Source: Octopus vulgaris
Lineage: Eukaryota
NCBI GenBank assembly: GCA_951406725.2
Contig: OX597833.1
Location: forward strand, 40,796,001-40,860,000
Reading direction: 5' to 3'
Length of the DNA: 64,000 bases
Both the position numbers and the translations under genes were made by a program. A model generated the notes under the pieces. That model had not been told where the DNA came from, did no database searches, and saw only the letters and a list, made by a program, of their open reading frames with translations. Of this stretch, positions 40,511 through 53,119 are shown one piece after another (position 1 is the stretch's first letter; every line of letters starts with the position of its first letter).

Positions 40511-40810
40511 TAGGCACGTGGCCTAGTGGTTAGAGCAGTGGACTCGCGGTCAAGGAATCGTGGGTTCGAATCTCAGACCGAGCAATGTGTGTGTTTATGA
40601 GCAAAACACCTAAGCTCCACATGGCTCCAGCAGAAGGTAATGGTGAACTTCTGCTGACTCTTTCACCACAACTTTCTATCACTCTTTCCTCCTGCATCTA
40701 GCAGCTCACCTGTGATGGACTGGCGTCTCATCCAGGTGGGGAACCTATTCGCCAATGAAACCGGGAAACTGACTCATTATGAGCCAGGCGTGGCTTGAGA
40801 AGGAACAAAC
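40511..40810 (+). mobile_element. tRNA-derived SINE (family A)
   Basis: tggcctagtggttag A box and ggttcgaatc B box; 3' end gagaaggaacaaac. Confidence 0.9.
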
Positions 40811-41564
40811 TACTTCTGAAGGATCTAAGATAAGAATGTTAACATTTTTCAGCCTGTTATGTCTAACCTCATATGCTCAGCCTACAATATGAAAATCTAA
40901 AAGTAAACACTCACATCATTGAAATTTCAAAGCTACAAGATAATGTGTGATTAATCCAAAACTGAATAAACAAGTAATCTGACTGCTAAAGGGTTAATGA
41001 AAGATAAGCTGTTTATGATTTTATTAAACCTGTTTACATTGGCTACAAAAGACATCTTTTTTTTTTGTTGGGTAGCAATTCAATTAAAAAAAAATATTAA
41101 GTTACTTTTCGCCTTTCATCATATGAGAATTAAAGTGCATGACTTTCACAGCCAGGTAGACTACTTCCTTGCTAATTTAAGGGCTGATAGTGGAGAGCAA
41201 AGAAAATGTTCCAGCCAAGACAGAAAGACTCTGAAAAAACGAAGATATTAGAGGCTGTGGAATATCATCATGATATTCCATATTGTCATATTTAACAACT
41301 TGATGGCTTACAACAGAAAAACAGAAGCAGTCGTGTTTTACAATCCGAGAAGAGAATACTTCCCTTTGACTTTTGTTGATTTTGATTTTGCATTTGCCGT
41401 TCGTTACCGATTTGCCTCGATATATTTATATATATATATATATATATTAGTTGGCGATATATTTATATATATATATATATATTATATTAAATTAGAGACT
41501 ATAAAATTGGATTCAATCCTAAATCTGATTTTTCCCTGTAAGTTTGGATTTATTCCCTAATATT

Positions 41565-41607
<43 letters not shown>

Positions 41608-41782
41608 TTGGCGTTAGGAAGGGCATCCAGCTGTAGAAACGTTGCCAGATAAGACCGGAGCCTGGTGCAGCCTTCTGGCTTCCCAGATCCCCGGTCGAAC
41701 CGTCCAACCCATGCTAGCATGGAGAACGGACGTTAAACGATGATGATGATGATTAGATGTACTTCTCCATTTTCTTATCTTG

Positions 41783-41822
<40 letters not shown>

Positions 41823-44276
41823 TACAATAAGAGGCTTCCAAATAGGAAAGCGTTGTGCTAGAAAGAGCAGTAGAAATCTCAAAAACCACTGCTCTTTCTA
41901 GCACAACGCTTTCCTATTTGGAAGCCTCTTTTTGTATTTCTATACGAATAATATATAGTCTAATGACTAATTCGTTTTTTGTGCTAGGCCACTGGCAATA
42001 ATAATTTATTATTACCCTATTTATTATGTTATATATATATATATATATATATATATAATCTTGTTTAAAAGACTTAAACTGCAGTTAAGCTGTGGCACTG
42101 CTTTGAAGAATTCTTTTAGTTGAACGAATAAACCCAGTACTCTTAGTACATTTTTAAAGCCTGGTACTTATTCTTTTGGACTTTTTTGCCAAACCTCTTA
42201 AATATTAAGTAATTCCACCAACACTGGTTGTGAAGCAGTGGTGTGGGACAAACAAACACACACCCACATGCAGGTTTCTTTCAGTTTCCATCTACTAAAT
42301 CCTCTCACAAGGCCTTGGTTGGCCCGGGGCTATAGTAGAAGATACTTGCCCAAGCTGCCATGCAGTGGGATGAACCCAGGACCATGATGTTGGGAATCAA
42401 ACTTCTTACCGCACAGTTATGCCTACGCCTGTTTGTGTGTGTGTGTTGAGGGAGAGAGAGAGACAGACAGTCATTAGAACTGCTATAAAATTAGAGATCA
42501 TCATCACCATTTAACGTCCGTTTTCCATGCTAGCATGGGTTGGACGGTTCAACTGGGGTCTGTGAAGCCAGAAGGCGGCATCAGGCCCAGTCTGATCTGG
42601 CAGTGTTTCTATGGCTGGATGCCCTTCCTAACGCCAACCACTCCATGAGTGTAGTGGGTGCTTTTTACGTGCCACCCGCACAGGTGACAGAAGGAGCTGG
42701 CAAACGGCCACGAACGGATGGTGCTTTTACGTGCCACCGGCACGGGGGCCAGGCGAGGCTGGCAACGGACACGAACGGATGGTGCTTTTACGTGCCACCG
42801 GCACGGGGGCCAGGCGAGGCTGGAACTGTAATCATTAACTCAGAAAAATAAAATGTTTTAAACAAGTGCAAATTGTCTTTTGTAAAATATGTGTTCCAGA
42901 GTAACTTATAGACTTTAATAATGTTCCTTCTGAAAATATTTTCAGGTTAAGTATTAGCATTCAAATGCATATGTTTTATTTGTGAATTATTTTAACTTTT
43001 CCTGCAATAAGCCTGAAGAATTATCTTTCTAAAATTATAAAACATTTACTGGTTCTTACTTTAGTGAAGGCGAAAGATTTATTGGTCAGGTCGAAAAGAA
43101 ACTAGAGTTTGATAAATTTTCTCTTTAAGCAAGGAAATCCATGTATTTTTCAGCAGTAATATACCAACGTAAATACGTCTCCGTATATATTAGGTTTTAT
43201 CGTTTACTTGTGTCAGTCATTAGGTCTCGGCCATCTGAGGTATTGCCTTGAAGGGCTTTAGTCAAACGAATCGCCCCAGTACTTGATTTTTTATTCTATC
43301 ATCGCTTATGCCGAACCGCTAAGCGTTACGGGGTCGTAAATAAACCTTCACAGTTTGTCAAGAGGTGGTGGGGGACAAACACAATCGCCCCCTTCACACA
43401 CATGGTGCGTGTGTATACAACAAGTTTCAGTTTCCATCTACCAAATCTATTCACAAGGCTTTGGTCGACCCAGGGCTATAGTAGAAGATACTCGAGACTG
43501 AACCTGGAACTATATGGTTTGGAAGCAAACCTCTTACCACACAGCCACGCCTGCATCCGTTATTAACTTTAAAATACTGTGATGAAAACCAGTTTTCTTT
43601 TTACTTCACACCTTTTTATTTGTATTACATTTTGGCCGACCGGTTTTCCTCCTTAGTTTATTAACGTGTACTTCAACGCTTGCAGGAAATAAATGTAGAC
43701 TTGAAGGGAAACGGGAAAAGAAAGAATAAATGATGTTTTGTGTGACGTTTGAGAAACAACACGTAGTAAGGGTTGGGGTTGATGCTGTTGTTGATGTTAT
43801 TATATAACTCCAAGTCATCCGTGGTTAAGCAGACTTATGATCAAAGACATTCCAGCTGTGACGTACATGCCTTTTTGATCAATCTATATATATATAAAGA
43901 CGAGAATGTCTGTGTGTGTGTGTGTGTGAATCCCTAAAACTCAAGAACTACACAACCGATTTCATTCAAATTTTACACATGCCTTACTTAGGGTCATGTA
44001 GTGTCATGGGCCCCAAAAATTTTCAACTTCTTGTCTATTCATTGAAAAGTGAAGAATATTGGAACACGATGATTACTTAATGCACTTTATATATACACCC
44101 TATATACTTCATGCACAATTTTATAGGCTTTATACACAATACTCTCCCTCTTTCTCTCTCACTCTTCGTTTTACCCTCCTTTTCTTTCGCTCTTCAACTA
44201 ATCATGTGAAAGTGTTACAGACAGGCTGAGTGCCGAAAGAAAAAAAAAAACTAAGTTAAAACAAAAAAATTAAACA

Positions 44277-44448
44277 TAGGTGCAGGAGTGGCTGTGTGGT
44301 ATGTAGCTTGTCTACCAACCACATGGTTCCGGGTTCAGTCCCACTGCGTGGCACCTTGGGCAAGTATCTTCTACTACAGCCTCGGGCCGAACAATGCCTT
44401 GTGAGTGGATTTGGTAGACGGAAACTGAAAGAAGCCCGTCGTATATAC

Positions 44449-44483
<35 letters not shown>

Positions 44484-44685
44484 TTTGTGTGTGTGTGTTT
44501 GTCCCCTAGCATTGCTTGACAACCGATGCTGGTGTGTTTATGTCCCCGTTACTTAGCGGTTCGGCAAAACAGACCAATATAATAAGTACTGGGCTTACAA
44601 AAGAATAAGTCACGGGGTCGAGTTGCTCGATTAAAGGCGGTGCTCCAGCATGGCCGCAGTCAAATGACTGAAACAAGTAAAAGAG
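44277..44685 (+). mobile_element. SINE family B (tRNA head, internal TA/TG microsatellite)
   Basis: ggagtggctgtgtggta...ggttcagtccc head and gactgaaacaagtaaaagag tail. Other copies at ~3382-3724(-), 4577-5022(-), 9530-9930(-), 14270-14815(+), 42070-42430(-), 43200-43555(-), 45405-45782(+), 55162-55570(-) and 63600-63830(+). Confidence 0.88.
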
Positions 44686-45131
44686 TATTTCATTCACTAC
44701 CACCTCCTCCTCCCTATTTCCCCTCTGCTCCTCCTCCCCATCCTTCTTCCACTTCAACTAATCACACGGAGGCGTTACAGACGAGCTAAGTAACAGTGAC
44801 AAGCAGATTTATGATAAGATCTTTTTTTAATCCATAAATTATATTTTCAAATATCCGCGGTGCACCGCTTGAGAATCGCTACGTTAGATTTCCATTTTTC
44901 ATGCGCCTAGCCTGTATTTTAGATAAAGAACTGCGTACACGCATGAATTGACATAGACGTATGCTGAGAATCTACTGTGTACTTTCTTAACACGTTAGAG
45001 TTATTCCCCGTGAATATATGATTTTAGAGTAGTTTCCCTTGTCTCGGAAACTTGGAAAGTATCTTTTTTGTATATACAGTATATGTGTGTGTGCGTCTAT
45101 GTTTAATCTCTCTCTCTCTCTCTCTCTCTCT

Positions 45132-45181
<50 letters not shown>

Positions 45182-45563
45182 GGGACAACTGAAGAAGGGG
45201 GATATTCTTTATGATGTACGTCTCGTTTCTATGTTTTTGTTTTTATGTTTTCGTTTCTCATTGTGTTCAACGTTTTTTTTTATGTTCTGTAACCATATAT
45301 GCATATATATATACATTTATACGTAGGTATGTACATATATGTATGTATATATAAATATATTTATATATTATTTATATTATATATATATATATGTGTGTGT
45401 ATGTGTAGGAGTGGCTGTGTGGTAAGTAGGTTGTTTACCAACCACATGGTTCTGGGTTCAGTCCCACTGCGTGGCACCTTGGGCAAGTGTCTTCTACTAT
45501 AGCCTCGGGCCGACCAAAGCCTTGTGAGTGGATTTGGTAGACGGAAACTGAAAGAAGCCCGTC

Positions 45564-45598
<35 letters not shown>

Positions 45599-47340
45599 TG
45601 TGTGTGTTTGTCCCCCTGGCATTGCTGGTGTGTTTATGTCCCCGTTACAGGGCGGTTCGGCAAGGGAGACCGATAGAATAAGTACTGGGCTTACAAAAGA
45701 ATGGGTCCCGGGGTCGAGTTGCTCGATTAAAGGTGGTGTTCCAGCATGGCCGCAGTCAAATGACTGAAACAAGTAAAAGAGTGTGTGTGTGTGTTGAGAG
45801 AGGTACTTTATAGATTTTGAACTAGTAATGTTCAGGCGTCTCTTTGAATTGGATATAATTATCAGTCAGCGGACAAGCTGGCGCACTTGTTAGAGCGTTG
45901 GAAATTGCTTTCTTCCGGTACTTTACATTCTGTGTTCAAATGCCGTCGAGGGCGACCATACCTTTCAAAACTGTTGACATTATGGATCTGATCGCTCCCG
46001 AATAGATCTGAAAATGTATAGTATAATATTCTTGGGGCAAGGGTAGAGAACTGTAGGTGTCTACGTCGCGTTGTGAGTGTTTATTGAGCGAAAACACCTA
46101 AAGCTCCACGAGGCTCCGGCAAGGGGTGGTGGCGATCCCTGCTGTACTCTTTCGCCACAACTTTCTCTCACTCTTTCTTCTGTTGGCCTGCTCGCTTAGC
46201 CAGCGGGGAGGTGTCATTTAAAGGCTAAAACAATGCAAAGCGCATTGTGACCAGCGATGTGTAGCAACATCTGATAGCCAGGTCGGTCACGGTGATATCT
46301 ATATATATAAAACTCAACTTGTGTGTCTGTGTGTTTTACTTCCCGGCACATCTCCTAGCCAACAAAATGGGTCACTTAAAGTTTAGGCGAATGAAAATTG
46401 AACTGCGCTATTTCTGTTCCGAAATTCATTTCGCAAGTGCAAAAATCGATAATATGTTTGTTTATGCCTTATCCCATGCGTTGAATAGCGAACTTTACTC
46501 AGTCAGCTGTTTGACGTGAACTGTGTTTACCACGCGTGCAAGCATGCGTAAATTGCATGAAAAATAAAAAATCAAGATATAAAAACGAATCGCCGTAAAC
46601 ATTGTAGAAATTCGCCCAAGAAATGAATTTTCGGGATGTAGTCTGGAGGATTTTTTCGTATTAATCGTTTGGACTTTGTGAACACATACCAATTATTTTT
46701 ATAACATTTTCAACGCTTTGAATTAAATGTGACCATTTTGCATTGAGTCTGCAGTTTGAATCACTTTAACCAAATTTTAGCAGGCCGGATTTTTGATCAT
46801 CACGATACATCGCCAGCGACTCCCTGAAATCCCCGTTGAGAAATCTATATATATAGAACTCAACTTGTGTATCTGTGTGTGTGTCTGTGTGTTTAGCTTC
46901 TGGATCTACCAAGTTTCATTATTAAGGATGGAAAGTAGTGTGTAGCAAATCTATATATATAAAGCTGAAGATGTCTGAGTGTGGTAGGTTTGGTAGCCTC
47001 ACTGGAATTTGAACTCAGAACGTAACGGCAGACGAAATACTCATTTCTTTACTACCCACAAGGGGCTAAACACAGAGAGGACAAACGGATTAAGTCGATT
47101 ATATCTAGTACTTAATTTATCGACCCCGAAAGGATAAAAGGCAAAGTCGACCTCGACGGAATTTGAACTCAGAACGTAACGGCAGACGAAATACGGCTAC
47201 GCATTTCGCCCGGCGTGCTAACGTTTCTGCCAGCTCGCCGCCTTGTCGAATTGTTAATAACGCTTAAGAAAAATAAAACAAGATAAAATATAAGTAATAA
47301 AATATGTATGTATGTATGTATGTATGTATGTGCATATACA

Positions 47341-47972
47341 TATATCATACCTTGATACTGTGTGGACTAAGATCCTCGTTGACAGGCCGCTGCTATTTAT
47401 AGTGTTAAGCACTTTCGTTATGCAAATTAGGAACTCCTGCATAGAATAACTGCTGCATTTGTTGAGTATATAAACAGTTTGGCTGCTTGTTTCTCCGGAG
47501 ACTGTCAGAATGCTGTAGACACCTCTGATGAGAACCCCATAAGGTTAAAAAATCGCTTAAGGTTGTTCATAATTTTTTTCAGTCTGTGGAGCAATAGCTA
47601 AAATTCTCCCTGTTTGTAAGTATACCATATGTAACATATTTATTATATGATACCTTGATACTGTGTGGACTAAGATCCCCGTTGACAGGCCGCTGGTATT
47701 TATAGTGTTAAACACTTTCGGTACGCAAAACTGCTGCATTTGTTGAGTATATAAACAGTTTGGTAGCTTGTTTCTCTGGAGACTGTCAGAATGTTGTAGA
47801 TTCCTCAACAAATGCAGCAGTTATTCTATGCAGGAGTTCCTAATTTGCATAACGAAAGTGCTTAACACTATAAGGTTCGAAAATTGATCAAGGTTGTTCA
47901 TCCTTTCTTTCAGTCTCCGGAGAAATAGCGAAAATTTGCCCTGATTATAATTATATCATATGCTACATATAT
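47341..47972 (+). repeat. ~303-bp tandem dimer carrying a degenerate type I hammerhead ribozyme motif (retrozyme/Penelope-LTR-like)
   Basis: ataccttgatactgtgtggactaagatcc at 47347 and 47650. Copy 1 has acct-CTGATGA-gaacc-ccataa-ggtt...aggt; copy 2 has ggttc-GAAA...aggt. Confidence 0.65.
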
Positions 47973-48079
47973 AAACACACACACACACACGCACGCACGC
48001 ACGCACAGATAGATACATACATAGAATTGTTTGTGTTCTTAATGTTGACTTCTTTCAATAATGTTATTAACACTAATGC

Positions 48080-48449
48080 TGTGGAGGCGCAATGGCCCAG
48101 TGGTTAGGGCAGCGGACTCGCGGTTTCGATTCCCAGACCGGGCCTTGTGAGTGTTTATTGAGCGAAAACACCTAAAGATCCACGAGGCTCCGGCAGGGGA
48201 TGGTGGTGATCCCTGCTGTTTCACCACAACTTTCTCTCACTCTTACTTCCTGTTTCTGTTGTACCTGTATTTCAAAGGGCCGGCCTTGTCACTCTCTGTG
48301 TCACGCTGAATATCCCCGAGAACTACGTTAAGCGTGCACGTGTCTGTGGAGTGCTCAGCCACTTACACGTTAATTTCACGAGCAGGCTGTTCCGTTGATT
48401 TGGATCAACCGGAACCCTCGTCGTCGTAACCGACGGAGTGCTTCCATCC
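48080..48449 (+). mobile_element. tRNA-derived SINE (family A variant)
   Basis: tggcccagtggttagg A box, gtttcgattcc B box, cttcca tail. Confidence 0.9.
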
Positions 48450-48453
48450 ATAT

Positions 48454-48515
<62 letters not shown>

Positions 48516-48936
48516 GCACGCACGCACGGATAGATACATGCATAGAATTGTTTGTGTTCTCAATGTTGACTTCTTTCAATAATGTTATTAACACTAATGC
48601 ACTTAAGGAAGAGTAGTCCCAATTTAATTCTTGGTACAATATCATGTTTTCCATCATGTCCACAGGCAAACACTGTCATCTTCAATCATGTGTTCAAGTA
48701 AATAGCTTATTCGAATTCTTGTTTCGTAGTAAAATTCATTAGCTTTAATTAATTTGCACCATAGCATTACGATATCCTACCCTTTTTAATGTAAAAATGT
48801 TTTTTTGTTTGTTTGTTTGTTTTTTTGTAGAGGGAATATTTAAAAGTTACAGCTGTTTAGAAAGTTCATTTGATAATTGAACAAATTATTATCATAATCA
48901 TAGGAATCAATAGTTTTATAAACGACTTTGGATCAT

Positions 48937-49333
48937 TTCGGTTCGAACGGCAGTTTTTTAAAATAATTTCCACGTAACTAAACACTTTTAAACTTCGTAT
49001 ACTGGTAGAATGTGTTTATGAAACATCTTTTCTCTTGGCTTTATTGAGAAAATTCTATAGTTTGTAAGATATTTGTTGTTGTTTTTCTGCAATTTCAACC
49101 AATCAATGACGTCTATTGAGGTGAAAACATTCTGTGCCGTATGAATATGTTCCTCGTTTAAGAAAACAGATTGGATTTATTTACATTTCTGAAGAAAAAA
49201 AAAGATATCATTCCCCCCACCCCTAACCCTAACCTTAAAACAGATTGCAATGTAATAGATCGATACTAGGGTCATAATTATGGGTGACAATTTCATATGA
49301 CACCGCTAGAAAAAACTGTCGTTCAAACCGAAA
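48937..49333. mobile_element. MITE related to the 2616-3128 element
   Basis: TIRs ttcggttcgaacggcagttttt / aaaaactgtcgttcaaaccgaa; shares gtaactaaacacttt.aaacttcg..actggtagaatgtgt and a ccctaaccctaac tract. Confidence 0.7.
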
Positions 49334-49399
49334 AGATTCGCGACTTTCTCTCCACCAGGTATGTTGATAACTTCGTCATTTAAAGAATCAACAAAAAAC

Positions 49400-50200
49400 A
49401 TTGGTGAAGAAGCAGTATTGAAAAGCTCGCAAAGTTCGAAGGACCCAACGAGGTTTGAAATGCCATTTCATGGTAATTTAATTTCACTTCAATGCCACAA
49501 AAATTCAGTTGTCCTGTTCCTTTACCAACACAAATTAGAAAACCAGCTTATGTCGGCCCTCTCCATTCTCTTACCTCATACTCACCTTTCAGTTTCAATT
49601 TCCTCTTTCTCCTCTTAATTGAGGAATGGATCCCGTGTTCGTTATAACAGCTCTGCCAACTTTCTTTTGAGAAATGTTAGTCGACAATCGTTCAGAAACA
49701 CCCTGGCATTGTCACCATAAGATTACGAAAAGCTTCATATGCATAACTTCGTACACGTAACTTCAAATGATTCATACACAAAACTATAAATGTCTAGTAT
49801 TTTATCTCACCAATACAGCTTCTGCAGTACCAAATATACTAGAGACAATTCATCAGTGAGCTCTCACTTAAGAGAAGTTCGTTGAAAAGCAATGTTGTTA
49901 CCCTAGATATCAGCAAAGCCTTTGACCATATCTGGCATGCAAATCTCCTATCAAAACTTTCCACCTATGGACTTCACCCATCTCTCAATTCTTGAACTGA
50001 TAGCTTCCTATCTGGTTGCACTACCGCAGCATATTGAAGAAGTTCTTTCCGTACCACTCTTGATTCTGGTGTTTCAAGGGATGTTTCGTTTTTCCAATCC
50101 TATTTATTCCTTCTGTACATCAATGACCTACTTGCTTCTTCATTCAACAACGGTCACTTTTATGCAGACGACACGACACCTTATTGTATGCTACACAGAT
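49400..50200 (+). pseudogene. Decayed LINE reverse transcriptase (jockey/L2-like)
   Basis: LDISKAFDHIWH..LLSKL..YG, FLLYINDL and FYADDTT motifs across frameshifts. Confidence 0.7.
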
Positions 50201-50384
50201 TGCTATTTTGAACAAATACTGCTTCTGTTACTTTTAACGAACACACTCATATATAAACATGAGTGTGTGTGTGTGTGTGTGTAGTCAACAAAATTACACT
50301 TACAAGGAATTGGTCAATCATGAACTTTACTAGAAGTAAAGGTGTTGTGAAGAGGGATCGAACCTGGAGCCAACGTGTTTTTGA

Positions 50385-50386
50385 AG

Positions 50387-50424
<38 letters not shown>

Positions 50425-51345
50425 GCACACACCACATAAATGCGAGCACTCAATTGCGCACATATATGCATAAGTATACACGCGTACAGAAACACGCACA
50501 CACACACACACACATATATATATATACGCGTACATGCATACATAACTACCTACATACATATAGATGTACATGCATGCATACAATCATACAGTACATACAT
50601 ATCTAGAAAATATATATCCATACATACAAACATAAAAATATATACTTGCATATATACACATTCATGCATACATACATACATACACACACACATCCATCCA
50701 TCCATCCATCCATCTATCCATACATACATACATACATACATACACATACATACATTCATACATACATAAATACATACATACATACATACATACACACACA
50801 TACATCCAGACATACATATATGCATACATATATAAATACATACATATATACATACATACATACATACATACACACGCACAAACATTCACACACACATACA
50901 TACATACATACATACATACATACACACACATACATCCAGACATACATATATACATACATACATACATACATACACACGCACAAACATACACACACAAACA
51001 TACATACATACATACATACATACATACACACACATACATACATACACACACATACACACACATACATACATACATACATACATACATACATACACACATA
51101 CATCCAGACATACATATATACATACATACATACATACACACGCACAAACATACACACACATACATACATACATACATACATACATACACACATACATACA
51201 TACATACACACACATACACACATACACACACACACACACATACATACATACATACATACATATATACATACATACATACATACACACACACAACACACAC
51301 ACACATACATACATACATACATACATACATACATACATACATACA
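50385..51345. repeat. Compound (CA)n/(TACA)n microsatellite field
   Basis: Directly visible simple repeats. Confidence 0.97.
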
Positions 51346-51699
51346 TTAGCTATGATTTATCGGAACTGATCGAGCGTTTCTCAGCCGGCATAGATAAAGC
51401 GACACAGGACACCCTGCACCCTGCACCCGCTTCCCACCCCGTTGCTACCCAATCTTCTTACTCATTAAAAAAACACACACACTAAAAAAAAAAACAACCC
51501 ACACAAAAAAACTTTTTGTTTTTCTGTTTTTTTTTTTTACTTTGTTTTCATTTTGTGTTCTTTCTTTTTTATTTGCTTTTAATTAAACTCCCCATTTAGC
51601 AAACAGCGTGACTCTTCTTCCTCACTTCCTTACCTACATCATCACCTCCCACCCCGCCGCTTTGAAGAGATACGGGCTTAAGAGGCTCTCCTTCTCCAC

Positions 51700-52040
51700 C
51701 TCTCTTTTTATCTATTTCTCTATCTATCTATTTCTCTCTCTCTTTTTCTCCCTCCCCCTCTCTCTCTTTTTCTCCCTCCCTCTCTCTCTCTTTTTCTCCC
51801 TCCCTCTCTCTCTCTTTTCTCCCTTCCCTCTCTCTCTTTTTCTCCCTCCCTCTCTCTCTCTTTTCTCCTTTCCCTCTCTCTCTTTTTCTCCCTCCCTCTC
51901 TCTCTCTCTTTCTTTCTCTCTTTCTCTCTCTCTCTTTCTCCCTCCCTCTTTCTCTCTCTCTCTTTTTCCTTCTCTCTTTCTCTCTCTCTTTCTTCCTCCC
52001 TCTTTCTCTCTCTCTCTCTCTTTCTTTCTCTTTCTCTCTT

Positions 52041-52076
<36 letters not shown>

Positions 52077-52080
52077 ACTC
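51700..52080. repeat. Polypyrimidine (CT)n tract
   Basis: Almost purine-free ~380 bp. Confidence 0.95.
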
Positions 52081-52337
52081 TCTGGTTTCTGTCTTCTCAC
52101 ACCTCGCAACATCATCGTTACAATATAGCGCTCTCCCACACCATAGGACTACAGTCACTAACCACCACCACCACCACCACCACCACCATCGCCTCCGCCG
52201 ACGCTGCTACCACTACCATCATCACGATCATTACTACCAACCTCACCACCACTACCACTACCAGTACCATCACCGTCGCTACCACCACCACCACCACTAC
52301 CTACGGGACCACAACTATCATCACCAAGACCACCACT

Positions 52338-53119
52338 ACCTATTTCTTTATTACCCACAAGGGGCTAAACACAGAGGGCACAAACAAGAACAGACAAATG
52401 GATCAAGTCGATTACATCGACCCCAGTGCGTAACTGGTACTTAATTTATCGACCCCGAAAGGATGAAAGGCAAAGTCGACCTCGGCGGAATTTGAACTCA
52501 CGACGTAACGGGCGACGAAATACCTATTTCTTTACTACCCACAAGGGGCTAAACACAGAGGGCACAAACAAGGACAGACAAACAGATTAAGTCGATTATA
52601 TCGAGCCCAGTGCGTAACTGGTACTTAATTTATCGACCCCGAAAGGATGAAAGGCAAAGTCGACCTCGGCGGAATTTGAACTCAGAACGTAACGGCAGAC
52701 GAAATACCTATTTCTTTACTACCCACAAGGGGCTAAACACAGAGGGCACAAACAAGGACAGACAAACAGATTAAGTCGATTATATCGAGCCCAGTGCGTA
52801 ACTGGTACTTAATTTATCGACCCCGAAAGGATGAAAGGCAAAGTCGACCTCGGCGGAATTTGAACTCACGACGTAACGGCAGACGAAATACCTATTTCTT
52901 TACTACCCACAAGGGGCTAAACACAGAGGGCACAAACAAGGACAGACAAACAGATTAAGTCGATTATATCGAGCCCAGTGCGTAACTGGTACTTAATTTA
53001 TCGACCCTGAAGGGATGAAAGGCAAAGTCGACCTCGGCGGAATTTGAACTCAGAACGTAACGGCAGACGAAATACCGCTAAGCATTTCGCCCGGGGTGCT
53101 AACGATTCTGCCAGCTCGA
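52338..53119 (-). repeat. Head-to-tail tetramer of family C SINE, 184-bp period
   Basis: acctatttcttt at 52338, 52522, 52706 and 52890; only the last unit carries the SINE head. Confidence 0.93.

Noticed and set aside
50550-51485. Long ORFs (279, 226 and 196 aa) of HTYI/MYVC repeats
   Set aside because: Translations of (TACA)n/(CA)n microsatellites that lack stop codons.
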